Source: an uncultured Acidimicrobiia bacterium | GTDB lineage: Bacteria; Acidobacteriota; Terriglobia; Versatilivoradales; Versatilivoraceae | NCBI GenBank assembly: GCA_963786955.1 | Contig: CAWBAT010000006.1 | Span: 800,001-864,000, forward strand | DNA: 64,000 nt | Direction: 5' to 3' | In this document: positions 39,415 to 49,071 of the stretch, one piece after another | How positions within the stretch are numbered: the stretch's first letter is position 1 | Layout of the letters: each line of letters starts with the position of its first letter | Notes under the pieces: model-generated | The model's database searches: none | What the model saw: the letters and a program-made list of their open reading frames with translations, nothing else | Told to the model about the DNA's origin: nothing | Position numbers and translations under genes: made by a program

Positions 39415-40947
39415 CTATCTTCTCCTTCTCCAGACCCAAATTCCGCTAAACAAGGCGCTTGCTGGAAGGAGAACAACGGCCAACCAGAAAAGGATCGTGC
39501 CACCCGCGCGGGTCAACACAATGGCACGATTTTCCTGGTTTTTCGGACGAATCGAAATTAGATCTTCGTCTTCAGCTAACCAGCTAATGGTATTTAAGAA
39601 GAGATCCCCATTCCGCTGGTGATTGAAATACTGGTTGCTGGCGAAATCAGAATCGCCGATGACCACCGTGCGTGCTTCTTTGCCGTACTTCTTGGTCTTC
39701 TCGTCTCCGCTGATCGTTTCGGTACTCACTGCCGCGAGCGCCACAGGGCCTTTAATGTCTTTCCCTTCGTTGAATTCAGCCGAGCCATTCTTCAGATTGG
39801 TTTCGCCCCAGCTACTCTCAGAGGTTTTCAGGAGAATGCTCGACTTAAATTGAGAGTTGGGATTATCGACAAGCCTGACCGAGCGCGCCAGTGGGAAGAA
39901 CGTCATGGAGCGGGAGAGGTCTTTGGTGATGGGATGGGTTTCATATTTCGTGACCAGCGGAGCTGCGGGACCCATCCCGAAAAGTTGCCCGAGCCCGCTT
40001 GCGTCTACAACAATGTCATCCTCTAACCCGATTTTCCACTTCTTGAGCTCATCACCCATCCCCGGGTTGACATCAGGATCGACCATCAAGAGAATTTTGC
40101 CTCCAGCATCGACATATTGAGCAATGACCGCAGTCTCCGTGGGCAATAGCCCAACCTTAGGCCCGGCAATGATTAGAACCGAGCAATCATCAGGCAAGCT
40201 GGGTTTTTCTGCCAGATTCAAGGTCTTCACCTCGTAATTCTGAGCCTCGATGGCCTTCTTGGCTACGGCAAATCCCTTCGCATCCTGGCTGTCGTTGATG
40301 TCTCCTTCATTATGTCCGCTCAAAAAGTAGACGACTTTATTTTTCTCTCGCGTCACTTTCAAAATGGCATTGGTAATGGCCTCTTCCTGGATGTTCTCCA
40401 CTTTTTCATTCTTCTGCCCGTACACCACGATCGTCTCTTTCGGTCGGCTGACGCCGTATTGCTTGGCTTGGCCAGGCTCTTTCCAAGGATCGATGGTCCT
40501 AAATTCGATTTTGCTGGGATCCGCACTTTTGTACTCTGCCATCAGATCATTCAGCTGTCCGTTAGGCTCTTTGTCAAAGTACAGGATCTTGACTTCCCCT
40601 TTAAGGCCTTTCACGACCTTGTTCGACTGATCCGAGAGGCTTAAGACCTGACCCGTGGTGAGGTCAAACCGCTTATGATGCTTCTTCCCCAGGTAATTCA
40701 CGATTCCAAGGATGCCCAGCACCAGAAGAAGCACTACCACCGTATTGGATCCAAACTGAGTAGAACGCAGCTTGAAAGACTCCAGGATCCGATGAATGTT
40801 AAAAAATACCATGAGCAAGGTCAGGGCAAGGCCCGTATAGAAAATGATCTGAACCGGCAGATTCCAGATATTCTGGACAGAATAATAGAGATATCCACCA
40901 ATGATGAGAGCCGGTCCGAATGAAGCGATGTTCTTAAGAAATTTCAT
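39415..40947 (-). CDS. GldG-family ABC auxiliary component
   Basis: RFDLT...SLSDQS, VYFLSGHNE, VIGDSDF, NGDLFLNTISWL, ISIRPK, C-terminal TM plus RRRR. Confidence 0.88.
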   Translation of the reverse strand: MKFLKNIASFGPALIIGGYLYYSVQNIWNLPVQIIFYTGLALTLLMVFFNIHRILESFKLRSTQFGSNTVVVLLLVLGILGIVNYLGKKHHKRFDLTTGQVLSLSDQSNKVVKGLKGEVKILYFDKEPNGQLNDLMAEYKSADPSKIEFRTIDPWKEPGQAKQYGVSRPKETIVVYGQKNEKVENIQEEAITNAILKVTREKNKVVYFLSGHNEGDINDSQDAKGFAVAKKAIEAQNYEVKTLNLAEKPSLPDDCSVLIIAGPKVGLLPTETAVIAQYVDAGGKILLMVDPDVNPGMGDELKKWKIGLEDDIVVDASGLGQLFGMGPAAPLVTKYETHPITKDLSRSMTFFPLARSVRLVDNPNSQFKSSILLKTSESSWGETNLKNGSAEFNEGKDIKGPVALAAVSTETISGDEKTKKYGKEARTVVIGDSDFASNQYFNHQRNGDLFLNTISWLAEDEDLISIRPKNQENRAIVLTRAGGTILFWLAVVLLPASALFSGIWVWRRRR

Positions 40948-40951
40948 GGAA

Positions 40952-41740
40952 CTACTGCCTCCATCTCAGCGATTCGATTGAGCGGTGAGTCAGAAAAAGC
41001 CCTAGGAAAATAAAACTGCCATAAACAATCACACTGGAGGAATCAATGACCCCTTTGGAGAAGTCTTCGAAGTGGTTGAGTATCGAAAGATAGCTGATCA
41101 CTTCCTGCAGGACAGGTCCACCCGATCGACTGACCAATTCAATAACCCAAAGCAGCAAGAATGTACCGAAGGTGATACTCGCTGCCACAATCTGATTTTC
41201 TGTCAGCGTGGAAATAAAAATGCCGAGCGAGATCAGAGCCCCCCCCAATAATAGAAGGCCCAAATAGCCTGAAAACATCGGTCCAAGGCTCATCCTCGGA
41301 GATGTATAGAAATAGACGAAGGCGTGGTACAAAAGAGTCGGGAGTAACATGACAATAAAGAAGGAGAGCGCGGCGAGAAATTTCCCGAGAACCACCTGCA
41401 GATTGGTTATGGGTGAAGTCAACAAGAGTTCGATCGTGCCGCGACGTTTCTCCTCGGCGAAGGTGGCCATGGTGATCATCGGAAGCATAAACAGGATCAC
41501 GGTACTGAGAATTCCAAAGAAATGACGATCCACCATGGCGGGGACATCCATGGGGGGTGGAGGGGCGCCGAATTGCTGGGATTGCATCATCATCATCATG
41601 GATCGTTCAATTGAAAAGCTGACAATCCGTTCAAAGAAGAAACCCGAGATGATTAAGAACACCGTCAAGACGACATAGGCAACCGGAGAAACAAAATAAG
41701 TTCGCAATTCCTTTTGCATGATGGCCAGGATGTTTGTCAT
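40952..41740 (-). CDS. ABC-2 permease (GldF-like)
   Basis: KELRTYFVSPVAY, EEKRRGTIELLLTSP, STLTENQIVA. Confidence 0.9.
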   Translation of the reverse strand: MTNILAIMQKELRTYFVSPVAYVVLTVFLIISGFFFERIVSFSIERSMMMMMQSQQFGAPPPPMDVPAMVDRHFFGILSTVILFMLPMITMATFAEEKRRGTIELLLTSPITNLQVVLGKFLAALSFFIVMLLPTLLYHAFVYFYTSPRMSLGPMFSGYLGLLLLGGALISLGIFISTLTENQIVAASITFGTFLLLWVIELVSRSGGPVLQEVISYLSILNHFEDFSKGVIDSSSVIVYGSFIFLGLFLTHRSIESLRWRQ

Positions 41741-42690
41741 TTGCTGCGCACCCCCTCTTCGTTGGTCGTCAATTGGAGAAATACCTCTTCGAGACTCATG
41801 CTCGAAGTCTTCAATTCCAGCAAGTCGTAACCACTCTCTACGATCTTCCTGGCTATTTGACTGCGCAAGTCTCGTTTGAGTTCCGTATCAATCGAAAACT
41901 CACAATGCCCGTCCCCATCCTGCTTGACGGATTCGATTCGCAAGACTCCTTGGATTTCCTGAATCTTTCCCTTGATGGCAGCTTCCGGTCCTCTCGCGAT
42001 CAGCAGAATGCGATCCGATCCTTGTAGCTGTCGGGTTAGGTTCTCCGGCGTATCCACGGCAGCAATCCGGCCCTTATTGATGATGACGACGCGCTGACAG
42101 GTGATTCCCACCTCCGGAAGGATATGCGTGGAGAGGATCACGGTATGGTTTCCAGCCAGGCTCTTGATCAGGTTGCGCACATCGGTAATTTGATTAGGAT
42201 CCAAACCGACCGTGGGTTCGTCAAGGATGAGTACTTCCGGATCATGTACCAGCGCTTGGGCTAAACCGACGCGCTGCCGGTATCCCTTGGAGAGGTGTTT
42301 GATGACCGTTCCACTGTACTCCTGAATGCTGACACGATCTTTGACTTCTGCAATCCGTTTGCTTCGGATCGTCGAATCGACTCCCTTGATTTTGGCAACA
42401 AATTCCAAATAGGAGTCCACTGTCAATTCATCGTAAAGGGGAGGATTCTCGGGGAGGTAACCAATGCGTCGCTTCACTTCCATGGGTTGGGTGAAGACAT
42501 CAAATCCGCCAACCCGGGCGGTCCCTTCAGTAGCCGGGAGAAAACAGGTCAGAATCCGCATGGTCGTGGTTTTCCCCGCCCCATTAGGGCCAAGGAAACC
42601 CAGGATCTCCCCCTTCTCCACCCGAAAAGATACATTATCAATTGCCTTGACACTTCCGTATCTCTTGGTTAACTGATCAACTTCTATCAC
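41737..42690 (-). CDS. ABC ATP-binding protein (GldA-like)
   Basis: GPNGAGKTT, LSKGYRQRVGLA, LDEPTVGLDP, SLEEVFLQLT. Confidence 0.92.
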   Translation of the reverse strand: MIEVDQLTKRYGSVKAIDNVSFRVEKGEILGFLGPNGAGKTTTMRILTCFLPATEGTARVGGFDVFTQPMEVKRRIGYLPENPPLYDELTVDSYLEFVAKIKGVDSTIRSKRIAEVKDRVSIQEYSGTVIKHLSKGYRQRVGLAQALVHDPEVLILDEPTVGLDPNQITDVRNLIKSLAGNHTVILSTHILPEVGITCQRVVIINKGRIAAVDTPENLTRQLQGSDRILLIARGPEAAIKGKIQEIQGVLRIESVKQDGDGHCEFSIDTELKRDLRSQIARKIVESGYDLLELKTSSMSLEEVFLQLTTNEEGVRSK

Positions 42691-43100
42691 ACAACCTCCT
42701 TGTCTCCCGCGGAGAGTGATGCTGGGTTCGGTCCCAGATCACTTTGAATTTCTAATTAAATGTGAAGATCGGGAAAGACTAGATTCCCGAGGCATAATGA
42801 CAAATTTGTTATTATACTCAGAATCATTAGCTTGTAAAGGTTTAGCGGACTTCTGGGGATAGACAAACTAGCGAGCTTTGGCTACAAGCAGGGGATGAAA
42901 GTCAATGGAGGGAAACAGAAAGCGGCCAATGACGGGAAGGGGAATTCCCACAGTCGATTCTTGATCCGTGATTTTGAAATGAATGAGAGGAAAGCCGACG
43001 CAGGCGATTACGCCGACATCAGGATTGATTTGCTGCTTTGAAAAAGGAGATCCTGCAATTTAGGTGTCAGGATCCTTTTCCTCCTGACTCGATCTCCCAA

Positions 43101-43796
43101 TCAACCCTTAACGTCGATTGTTTCGTTGGCCGTGGGGAAGAAACTGAGCGAGAAAATGAGCTTACCGCTCGTTGGACGCCCGAATGAGGTGGCCGGGTCA
43201 ACCCTCGCCTCAAAGAAAAGAAACTGATCCAGACTCCTCCTTGTCTCCGGATCTTTTGGGCCTTTAAGGATCCGGTAATCCAGCACTCGCCCTTCATTAC
43301 TGATTCTGCTTTCGATAATGATCGGTTCCACCAACGACTGAAAATTTTCCAATTGGACAAACTGTGACATGTAAACCAGTCGAGGGCGCGGATCCGTCAT
43401 GATTCCTAGAGGGACATCCTTGATACTGGCATCCAAATTGACTCCTGTAAAAAAGATGCTGAGGAGAAGAACGAAAGAAAAGACCGTCAATACAACTCCG
43501 CTGAGCGCGGGTATCGCAATGGGATAAAGAACGTCCCGAAGCCTTTGCATTGCCTTTTCCCAGCGCAATTCATGCCCTTGTTTGGAAGCGAGAATCTTAA
43601 GGCGCAACTCGAAATCCCTGGGGGGCCTTGACGGCTTGAGCGTGCGCAACAGGTTTCTGAGCGCTCTTAATTCCTGCATCTGACGGGAGCAGGCCTGACA
43701 CGCTTGCAAATGTTCTTCAACGGCTTGCTCCTCCTTCCAGGCGAGGGAACCATCCATCCAATCATCAAACTGATGAATCACTTTCTTACACTGCAT
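43101..43796 (-). CDS. Anti-sigma factor: zf-HC2 zinc finger, TM segment and TonB-C-like periplasmic domain
   Basis: MQC...HLQACQAC (HxxxCxxC); one TM; ISNEGRVLDYRIL...DPATSFGRP; ATG at 43796 behind GGGAGG. Confidence 0.82.
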   Translation of the reverse strand: MQCKKVIHQFDDWMDGSLAWKEEQAVEEHLQACQACSRQMQELRALRNLLRTLKPSRPPRDFELRLKILASKQGHELRWEKAMQRLRDVLYPIAIPALSGVVLTVFSFVLLLSIFFTGVNLDASIKDVPLGIMTDPRPRLVYMSQFVQLENFQSLVEPIIIESRISNEGRVLDYRILKGPKDPETRRSLDQFLFFEARVDPATSFGRPTSGKLIFSLSFFPTANETIDVKG

Positions 43797-43830
43797 GAGG
43801 TCCTCCCATCCATGGCTGCCGAGTGCAGGT

Positions 43831-44472
43831 TCAAAGAACCTCTTTGTATCCAAACGATCTCTCTAAATCATGTTGAAAGGTTTTCTTGAGTTCCAATCGG
43901 CCTCGCCACAGCCTGGATTTCACCGTCCCAAGAGAAATTCTCAATGTCTCCGCAATCTCGTCATAAGAAAACCCCTCGATGTCCCGCAAGATCACGACAA
44001 GCCTATATTCCATCGGAATCCCCTTGAGGGCAAGCTGGACCGCGTTTTCGATTTCCTTTCGATGGAGAGCCAGTTCGGGCGACTGTGTCAAATCCTCTAC
44101 CTCTCGGGGTCGATACGATTCATATTTTTCACCTTCCAACGGCTCGTCTAAAGAAACCGGCACCTGCCTCTTCCACCGTTTCCACCATCGGAGTCGATTC
44201 AGACTCTCCGAAATAGTGATCTTATAAACCCAGGTCTTCAGCCCGCATTCTCCTCGAAAGCTTCCGATCCCTTTGAATATTTTCAGGAAGGTCTCTTGGG
44301 CCGCATCGGCGGCTTCGGCGTGGTTACCCAAAATTCGATACGCAAGCCCATAGACCGGCTCCTGATAGAGGCTGATCAAGACTTCATAAGCCTCTTCAGA
44401 ACCCACCTGTAACTGGCCTACGAGGGCCAGTTCGTTGTTCACGCATTCAAGCCCCAGCTCGAAGTTGCTCAA
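43831..44472 (-). CDS. ECF sigma-70 factor (RpoE-like)
   Basis: DAAQETF, LKTWVYKI, LRDIEGFSYDEIA, GTVKSRLWRGR. Confidence 0.93.
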   Translation of the reverse strand: MSNFELGLECVNNELALVGQLQVGSEEAYEVLISLYQEPVYGLAYRILGNHAEAADAAQETFLKIFKGIGSFRGECGLKTWVYKITISESLNRLRWWKRWKRQVPVSLDEPLEGEKYESYRPREVEDLTQSPELALHRKEIENAVQLALKGIPMEYRLVVILRDIEGFSYDEIAETLRISLGTVKSRLWRGRLELKKTFQHDLERSFGYKEVL

Positions 44473-44545
44473 GGCAATGATCCTTCTGATTCAGAACTTA
44501 GTCTTATTCTACCTCATTTTCTTCAAGCCTAGGAACCCTAACTCA

Positions 44546-44574
44546 TTGGACACTACTTTTTGTCAAAAAGTTCC
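44546..44574 (-). promoter_or_regulatory. Autoregulatory ECF (sigma-E type) promoter
   Basis: Minus strand GGAACT-N17-GTCCAA about 75 bp upstream of the sigma gene. Confidence 0.65.
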
Positions 44575-44634
44575 CAAAGGCAAATCAAACACTCAAAAAA
44601 AGGAGTTTGAGTTAGAATCCTCTGAAGATCTCCT

Positions 44635-45366
44635 ATGAATAAGACGACCTCTTTTGTCATTTTTGCAAAAACGCCAAACCTGGGAGCTGTAAAAACCAGG
44701 ATGCAACCCCGGCTGACGAAAACCGAGTGCCTGCAACTTCACGTTTCCCTCCTTAGGCACACGATCTCCCAGTTAAAAACCTTCCGGTACCCTTTTTTGG
44801 AGAGAGCCGTTTTCCTTACATCGCCCAAGAAAAGTTTCATTGAAGAAGTGACAAAATGGGCTGGGGGAGCCCGCTTTTCGATCCATTGTCAGAATGGTCA
44901 TGATTTAGGGGAAAGGCTTGCTGATGCCGTCGAACTGAAGTTCAGGCAAGGCTTCCGCAAGGTTATGATTATCGGGACTGACTCCCCTCTGATTGGCCCA
45001 AGAGAGTTTCATTTGGCACTCGAGGCCTTAGACAACCATGAAGTCGTTCTCGGGCCTGCTGAAGATGGAGGATACTACCTCATCGGGTTTTCGGTCCCTA
45101 AGACGTTCCTTTTCCGCGGGATCCAATGGGGAACCGTGAAAGTGTTTCAAGAAACCATTGCGCTCTTGAAAGCACATTGTGTTTCGTGGTGGGAATTACC
45201 CGCGAGCCTCGATCTAGACACATTTCAGGACTTAAGGAATTTCCATGCGCGAGTTGACAGCGATCAGGCAAAAAGAAGGGGCAGGAGCTTTCGGGAGTTG
45301 CATCACCTGATCGGGCAGTTGATCGGAAAATCAATAGATCCAGCCAGAGCGGATTTAGATCTCTAA
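44635..45366 (+). CDS. DUF2064 / TIGR04282 glycosyltransferase-like protein
   Basis: IFAKTP..GAVKTR, QNGHDLGERL, IIGTDSP, VLGPAEDGGYYLIG, DLDTFQDL. Confidence 0.88.
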   Translation: MNKTTSFVIFAKTPNLGAVKTRMQPRLTKTECLQLHVSLLRHTISQLKTFRYPFLERAVFLTSPKKSFIEEVTKWAGGARFSIHCQNGHDLGERLADAVELKFRQGFRKVMIIGTDSPLIGPREFHLALEALDNHEVVLGPAEDGGYYLIGFSVPKTFLFRGIQWGTVKVFQETIALLKAHCVSWWELPASLDLDTFQDLRNFHARVDSDQAKRRGRSFRELHHLIGQLIGKSIDPARADLDL

Positions 45367-45442
45367 AGTGCGAACCCGGTGAGGCATGGTATACTAAGTT
45401 GTAGAGCATAACCGCATTCCGCAGCCAGGGAGTCAAGGCTTT

Positions 45443-47413
45443 ATGGCATTCGGAAAAAGAGGCTTCATCTTCCTCCTCTTTGTTGGAGGAGCGATCCCTG
45501 TTCAGCTTCGTGGTGCCGAGTTGGTGGGATCTGTAAGGGAAGCAGATACGGGCGAAACGGTCGTTGGCGCCAGCGTCCGTGCCATCCCTGTTTCCAAGAA
45601 TGTTCCCGAAGTTCTCAGCAGAACAAATAGTAATGGACGATACCACTTGGAACTCCTCAAAGGGAAGTATCGTCTGTTTCTGAGTTTTCCGGGTTCCGAC
45701 TACCTCCCCCAGTTTTATTCCACCCATGATCAGCCGCAGGGAGAAACAATCGATGTTCCAACTTTTGATTCCTTCCAGATCATTAACCTAACACTGAATT
45801 CTGGCGGCTCCATCGCGGGCAAAGTGGTCCGTTTCAGTGATAATACGGCGCTTCCCAACATTCGTATCACGGCCTCTTCTCAAGAGTTCCGGACCTCGGT
45901 CACCACTCGGAGTGATGGGTCTTATTTATTTAGAGCTTTACCTCCGGGAAACTACCGCGTCCAGGCATTGCCACTGAACGAGAATTTCATCCCCATCTAT
46001 TATGGAGACGTTCGAGACGTCGAGAAATCCGCGATTGTGCCATTAGGGCGAAAACAGGCCCAGCTCCATATTGATTTCCGTCTGCGCAATGGTGGAATGG
46101 TTAGTGGAAGAGTCTATGCGAATAAGAATCACGAGCCAGTCGCAGGGGTCAAAGTCATCGCCGAGAATTTGTCGGTCGAAGAACGGCCTCCCTTTGCGGT
46201 CACTGATTCACAAGGGTTTTACAGCCTCCGCGGGCTATCTCCGGGGGAATATATCCTGGAGACGCAGGCTCCGAGTGAAACGGGGGATTCGGTAAAGCCA
46301 ACCCGATCGTACTTAATGCAATACCATTCGGGTCATTATTATCGTGAGCTGGCAGACAAGTTAGAAATTGTGCCTGGCAGTGTTTTAACAGGGGTTAGTT
46401 TCGCACTTGTGGAAGGGGGAAGCTTCACCGGTAAAGTCCGTTCTCGCTATCACAATTCGCCCTTGGGTGGTGTGTCAGTCATCCCCCAGGAGATCTCCAA
46501 GGAACCCCAGCTCGCACCGACGACCAAAACCAATTCATCAGGTGAGTACAAGGTAGCTGACCTGCCCCCAGGACATTATGTGGTCGGTCTATCCCTGCCA
46601 ATGTCGGCCCGACGACTAGTAAATCATTACTTCAAAGACAAGTTGAGCGTGCAAGTTGCCGACGAAGTTTCGCTTGAAGAGGGTGCCAATGTTCAACGGA
46701 TTGATTTCAATCTTCCTCTTGGTGCCACCTTGCAAGGAAAGATGACGATCGCGGGGAATGATTACCCGATCAAGTCTGTCAATAAGGCACTCCGCTTTGA
46801 CAGAACCAGTGCGGATTTAGAAGGATTCGGACGAAGGGAGTTTAAACTCGAACCGGACGGGAAATTCGTCATCGAAGGAGCGCCAGTCGGCCGTTACGCC
46901 GTTAGGCCTCTTACCGATGACCCGAACATTGTCCCTCAGCCCGATAGCGTTGAGAAAACTCTGGATGTCGCAGAGGGCGATCTCTTAGAGAACCTGGAAT
47001 TCAATATGAAGATCGCCGGCTCAATCGGCGGTTCCATCACATTCGAAGGCAAAATGCCTGAGTTTGAAAAGTACGAGTTACTGGTCGTCAATATAAAAGA
47101 TAATTCACGTAAGTACTTTGAACTCAGTTCTCAACAATTCCTTCTGACTGGATTGGATCAAGGGGCATACCTTTTGCTCCTTCTTTCCAAGTCCGAAAAG
47201 ATGTCTTCCTCAGAGGAGCTCTCCATGCCGGTTTTATATGACACCCATCTAGTTGAAGTCCAGCGCGGCAAAACGAGTCCCCAATGTCAGTCTTCATCTC
47301 TACCAAGAGATGTCCCTGCCCACGAAAATGTATCAATAGGACCAACAGAATCATCCAATTCAGTCATGGACTGTCTGAATCGACCCTTTTTCTCAAAAAG
47401 AATATCGGTTTGA
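45443..47413 (+). CDS. Secreted protein with tandem carboxypeptidase-regulatory-like (Cna-B/SdrD-like) domains; C-terminus probably frameshifted
   Basis: Signal peptide; repeats GGSIxGxV...TxxxGxY.L..LPPGxY...YY...IDFxL; +1 C at 47279-47282 would move the true stop to 47339. Confidence 0.8.
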   Translation: MAFGKRGFIFLLFVGGAIPVQLRGAELVGSVREADTGETVVGASVRAIPVSKNVPEVLSRTNSNGRYHLELLKGKYRLFLSFPGSDYLPQFYSTHDQPQGETIDVPTFDSFQIINLTLNSGGSIAGKVVRFSDNTALPNIRITASSQEFRTSVTTRSDGSYLFRALPPGNYRVQALPLNENFIPIYYGDVRDVEKSAIVPLGRKQAQLHIDFRLRNGGMVSGRVYANKNHEPVAGVKVIAENLSVEERPPFAVTDSQGFYSLRGLSPGEYILETQAPSETGDSVKPTRSYLMQYHSGHYYRELADKLEIVPGSVLTGVSFALVEGGSFTGKVRSRYHNSPLGGVSVIPQEISKEPQLAPTTKTNSSGEYKVADLPPGHYVVGLSLPMSARRLVNHYFKDKLSVQVADEVSLEEGANVQRIDFNLPLGATLQGKMTIAGNDYPIKSVNKALRFDRTSADLEGFGRREFKLEPDGKFVIEGAPVGRYAVRPLTDDPNIVPQPDSVEKTLDVAEGDLLENLEFNMKIAGSIGGSITFEGKMPEFEKYELLVVNIKDNSRKYFELSSQQFLLTGLDQGAYLLLLLSKSEKMSSSEELSMPVLYDTHLVEVQRGKTSPQCQSSSLPRDVPAHENVSIGPTESSNSVMDCLNRPFFSKRISV

Positions 47414-47590
47414 TTTCGCCGCAAGAACTTTTTGTTTTTCTGGACTTATCGGACCGATCTTTTCGACGACCTGGGCATTCTTGATTTGACAGAGCTTGCA
47501 AACTTCATAGTCAGAGAAGCCCCAAGCGTCGCTTGGGCACCAGCAAAACCCTTTGCCCTTGAGATAAATCACGCATTTTTCGTCAATCAC
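47393..47590 (-). CDS. Small Cys-rich hypothetical protein (65 aa)
   Basis: C...CWC...CxxC pattern; AAGGGA SD before GTG; sigma-54-like promoter upstream. Confidence 0.45.
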   Translation of the reverse strand: MIDEKCVIYLKGKGFCWCPSDAWGFSDYEVCKLCQIKNAQVVEKIGPISPEKQKVLAAKSNRYSF

Positions 47591-47672
47591 TGAAGAATTG
47601 TCCCTTATTATTATTCCTGAGTAGCGGGGAGGTTAAGGAGATGAAGCTCCAATCTATGTAGAAACATGGTTA

Positions 47673-47688
47673 TGCAATTGGGTGACCT
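47673..47688 (-). promoter_or_regulatory. Possible sigma-54 promoter
   Basis: Minus strand AGGTCACCCAATTGCA with correct GG/GC spacing; palindrome GTAAAAGTTTTAC at 47821-47833. Confidence 0.4.
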
Positions 47689-47901
47689 AACGTGAAAAAC
47701 ATTTTCCGCTTGCCTGTAATCCCCCACCCCATGCGGTTGGCAGGATTCCAAAGAGTGCACGAGACCGATGGACACCAAGGGGACAGCAAGTAATTTTTTC
47801 CCCTTCGACCTGGTAGCAATGTAAAAGTTTTACGCCGCCGAAAGGGCATTCTCGGAACGTGAATTCAAGGAAAATTGAAAGCAGGAGAAAATTTGGGAGG
47901 G

Positions 47902-48552
47902 CTAGTGCGAGTTGTAAATCTCCAGTACTTTAGAAACGTACTGGGAAGTGGTTGGATCTTCGGCACCAACGTAGGCAAAGAGAGCTGATTCCAAATCTTT
48001 GGAATGCCCGATGTAGTTTGCGAGAATAGTCGTTCCAATATCAATATTCACTTCCGGATCAAATGGGTTCTTTTCAGTAAAGTCTATTCGCGAAGACCAT
48101 GTAGGCACATGAATCTGCATGAGTCCCACCGATTTAGAAGCAGAAATTGCGGTCGGATTACAACGAGATTCCACGACCATTACCGCGGCCACTAATCGCG
48201 GATCGAGTTTTTTACTCATCGCGTTTCTTACGATGCAGGTGGTCAGTTTGGGGAGTTCTTCGTCAGGGACATCGGCATGACGTTTCAGTAGGTTCTTGAC
48301 CTTTCTCTCCTGCTGATACTGCTCTTCACTAATGTAATCCGCCAGGCCCACCTTCCGCGCAGACATGATGGAAATGGTAGAGGGATATATCGAGATCAAT
48401 GCAAGTACAGCCAACAAGATGAGAAACTTGTTTACCGCGGTATGCCGGATTAAATGAAAGAGGAAAGAACTGTTTAATCCCACGAACATGCTGCGGTGGC
48501 ATTTTCCGCAAAACACGATTCGGCGATAGATCAAATTATGCAGAGCACTCAT
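47902..48552 (-). CDS. Lytic transglycosylase (SLT domain), membrane-anchored
   Basis: LDPRLVAAVMVVES, AISASKSVGLMQI, FDPEVNIDIG, ALFAY; start uncertain. Confidence 0.88.
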   Translation of the reverse strand: MSALHNLIYRRIVFCGKCHRSMFVGLNSSFLFHLIRHTAVNKFLILLAVLALISIYPSTISIMSARKVGLADYISEEQYQQERKVKNLLKRHADVPDEELPKLTTCIVRNAMSKKLDPRLVAAVMVVESRCNPTAISASKSVGLMQIHVPTWSSRIDFTEKNPFDPEVNIDIGTTILANYIGHSKDLESALFAYVGAEDPTTSQYVSKVLEIYNSH

Positions 48553-49071
48553 GTGGAGCGAAGCCCCTCAATAGCTGCCATTTCTAGGATTCGGCGCAAC
48601 CCGCTAAATACTTTAAAGAGTTAGCCTGACGGCTATGGAACCTAACATCAGGATGCAGGAACTACCTAAAGAACAACCCATACCCACGAAGAATGTGTGG
48701 CAGCGAAAGTGAACAAGGCATAGGATGCTTTGATTAACACCATTAAATCTATATTCATTTTTGCGAGAAATCAAGCGTAGAAATCATGAGCCGCAGGAAT
48801 AAAATCTTCTTGGTCCCCGATTTCAGACTGGGCAGAAAAGTGCAGCCTGCCAGGACCACCTTCCCCTTTGTTTAGGTTAACCGCATTATAAATCAATCAG
48901 TTAGAATTAGTTGCCCTCACTCGGGACGTTTCTTGCGGCTCAACTTCAGGCAAATTGAATCAACAGATTCTCAAAGAGTTAGAAGTTAAAAACCCATTTG
49001 AGGGTGTCCTGGTAAATGATCCCTCGAGCCTGCATCCCCCATGAAACTCTAGATCCGTTGAGCTAGAAGAA

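Noticed and set aside
41585-41599. (CAT)5 microsatellite
   Set aside because: In-frame poly-Met in a permease loop; no evidence of a contingency locus
48570-48650. Fragments resembling c-di-AMP (CCGTCAGGCTAACTC, CGCCGAATCC) or c-di-GMP-I riboswitch motifs upstream of the lytic transglycosylase
   Set aside because: Motifs are in the wrong order and core elements are missing; would need an Infernal search to revive
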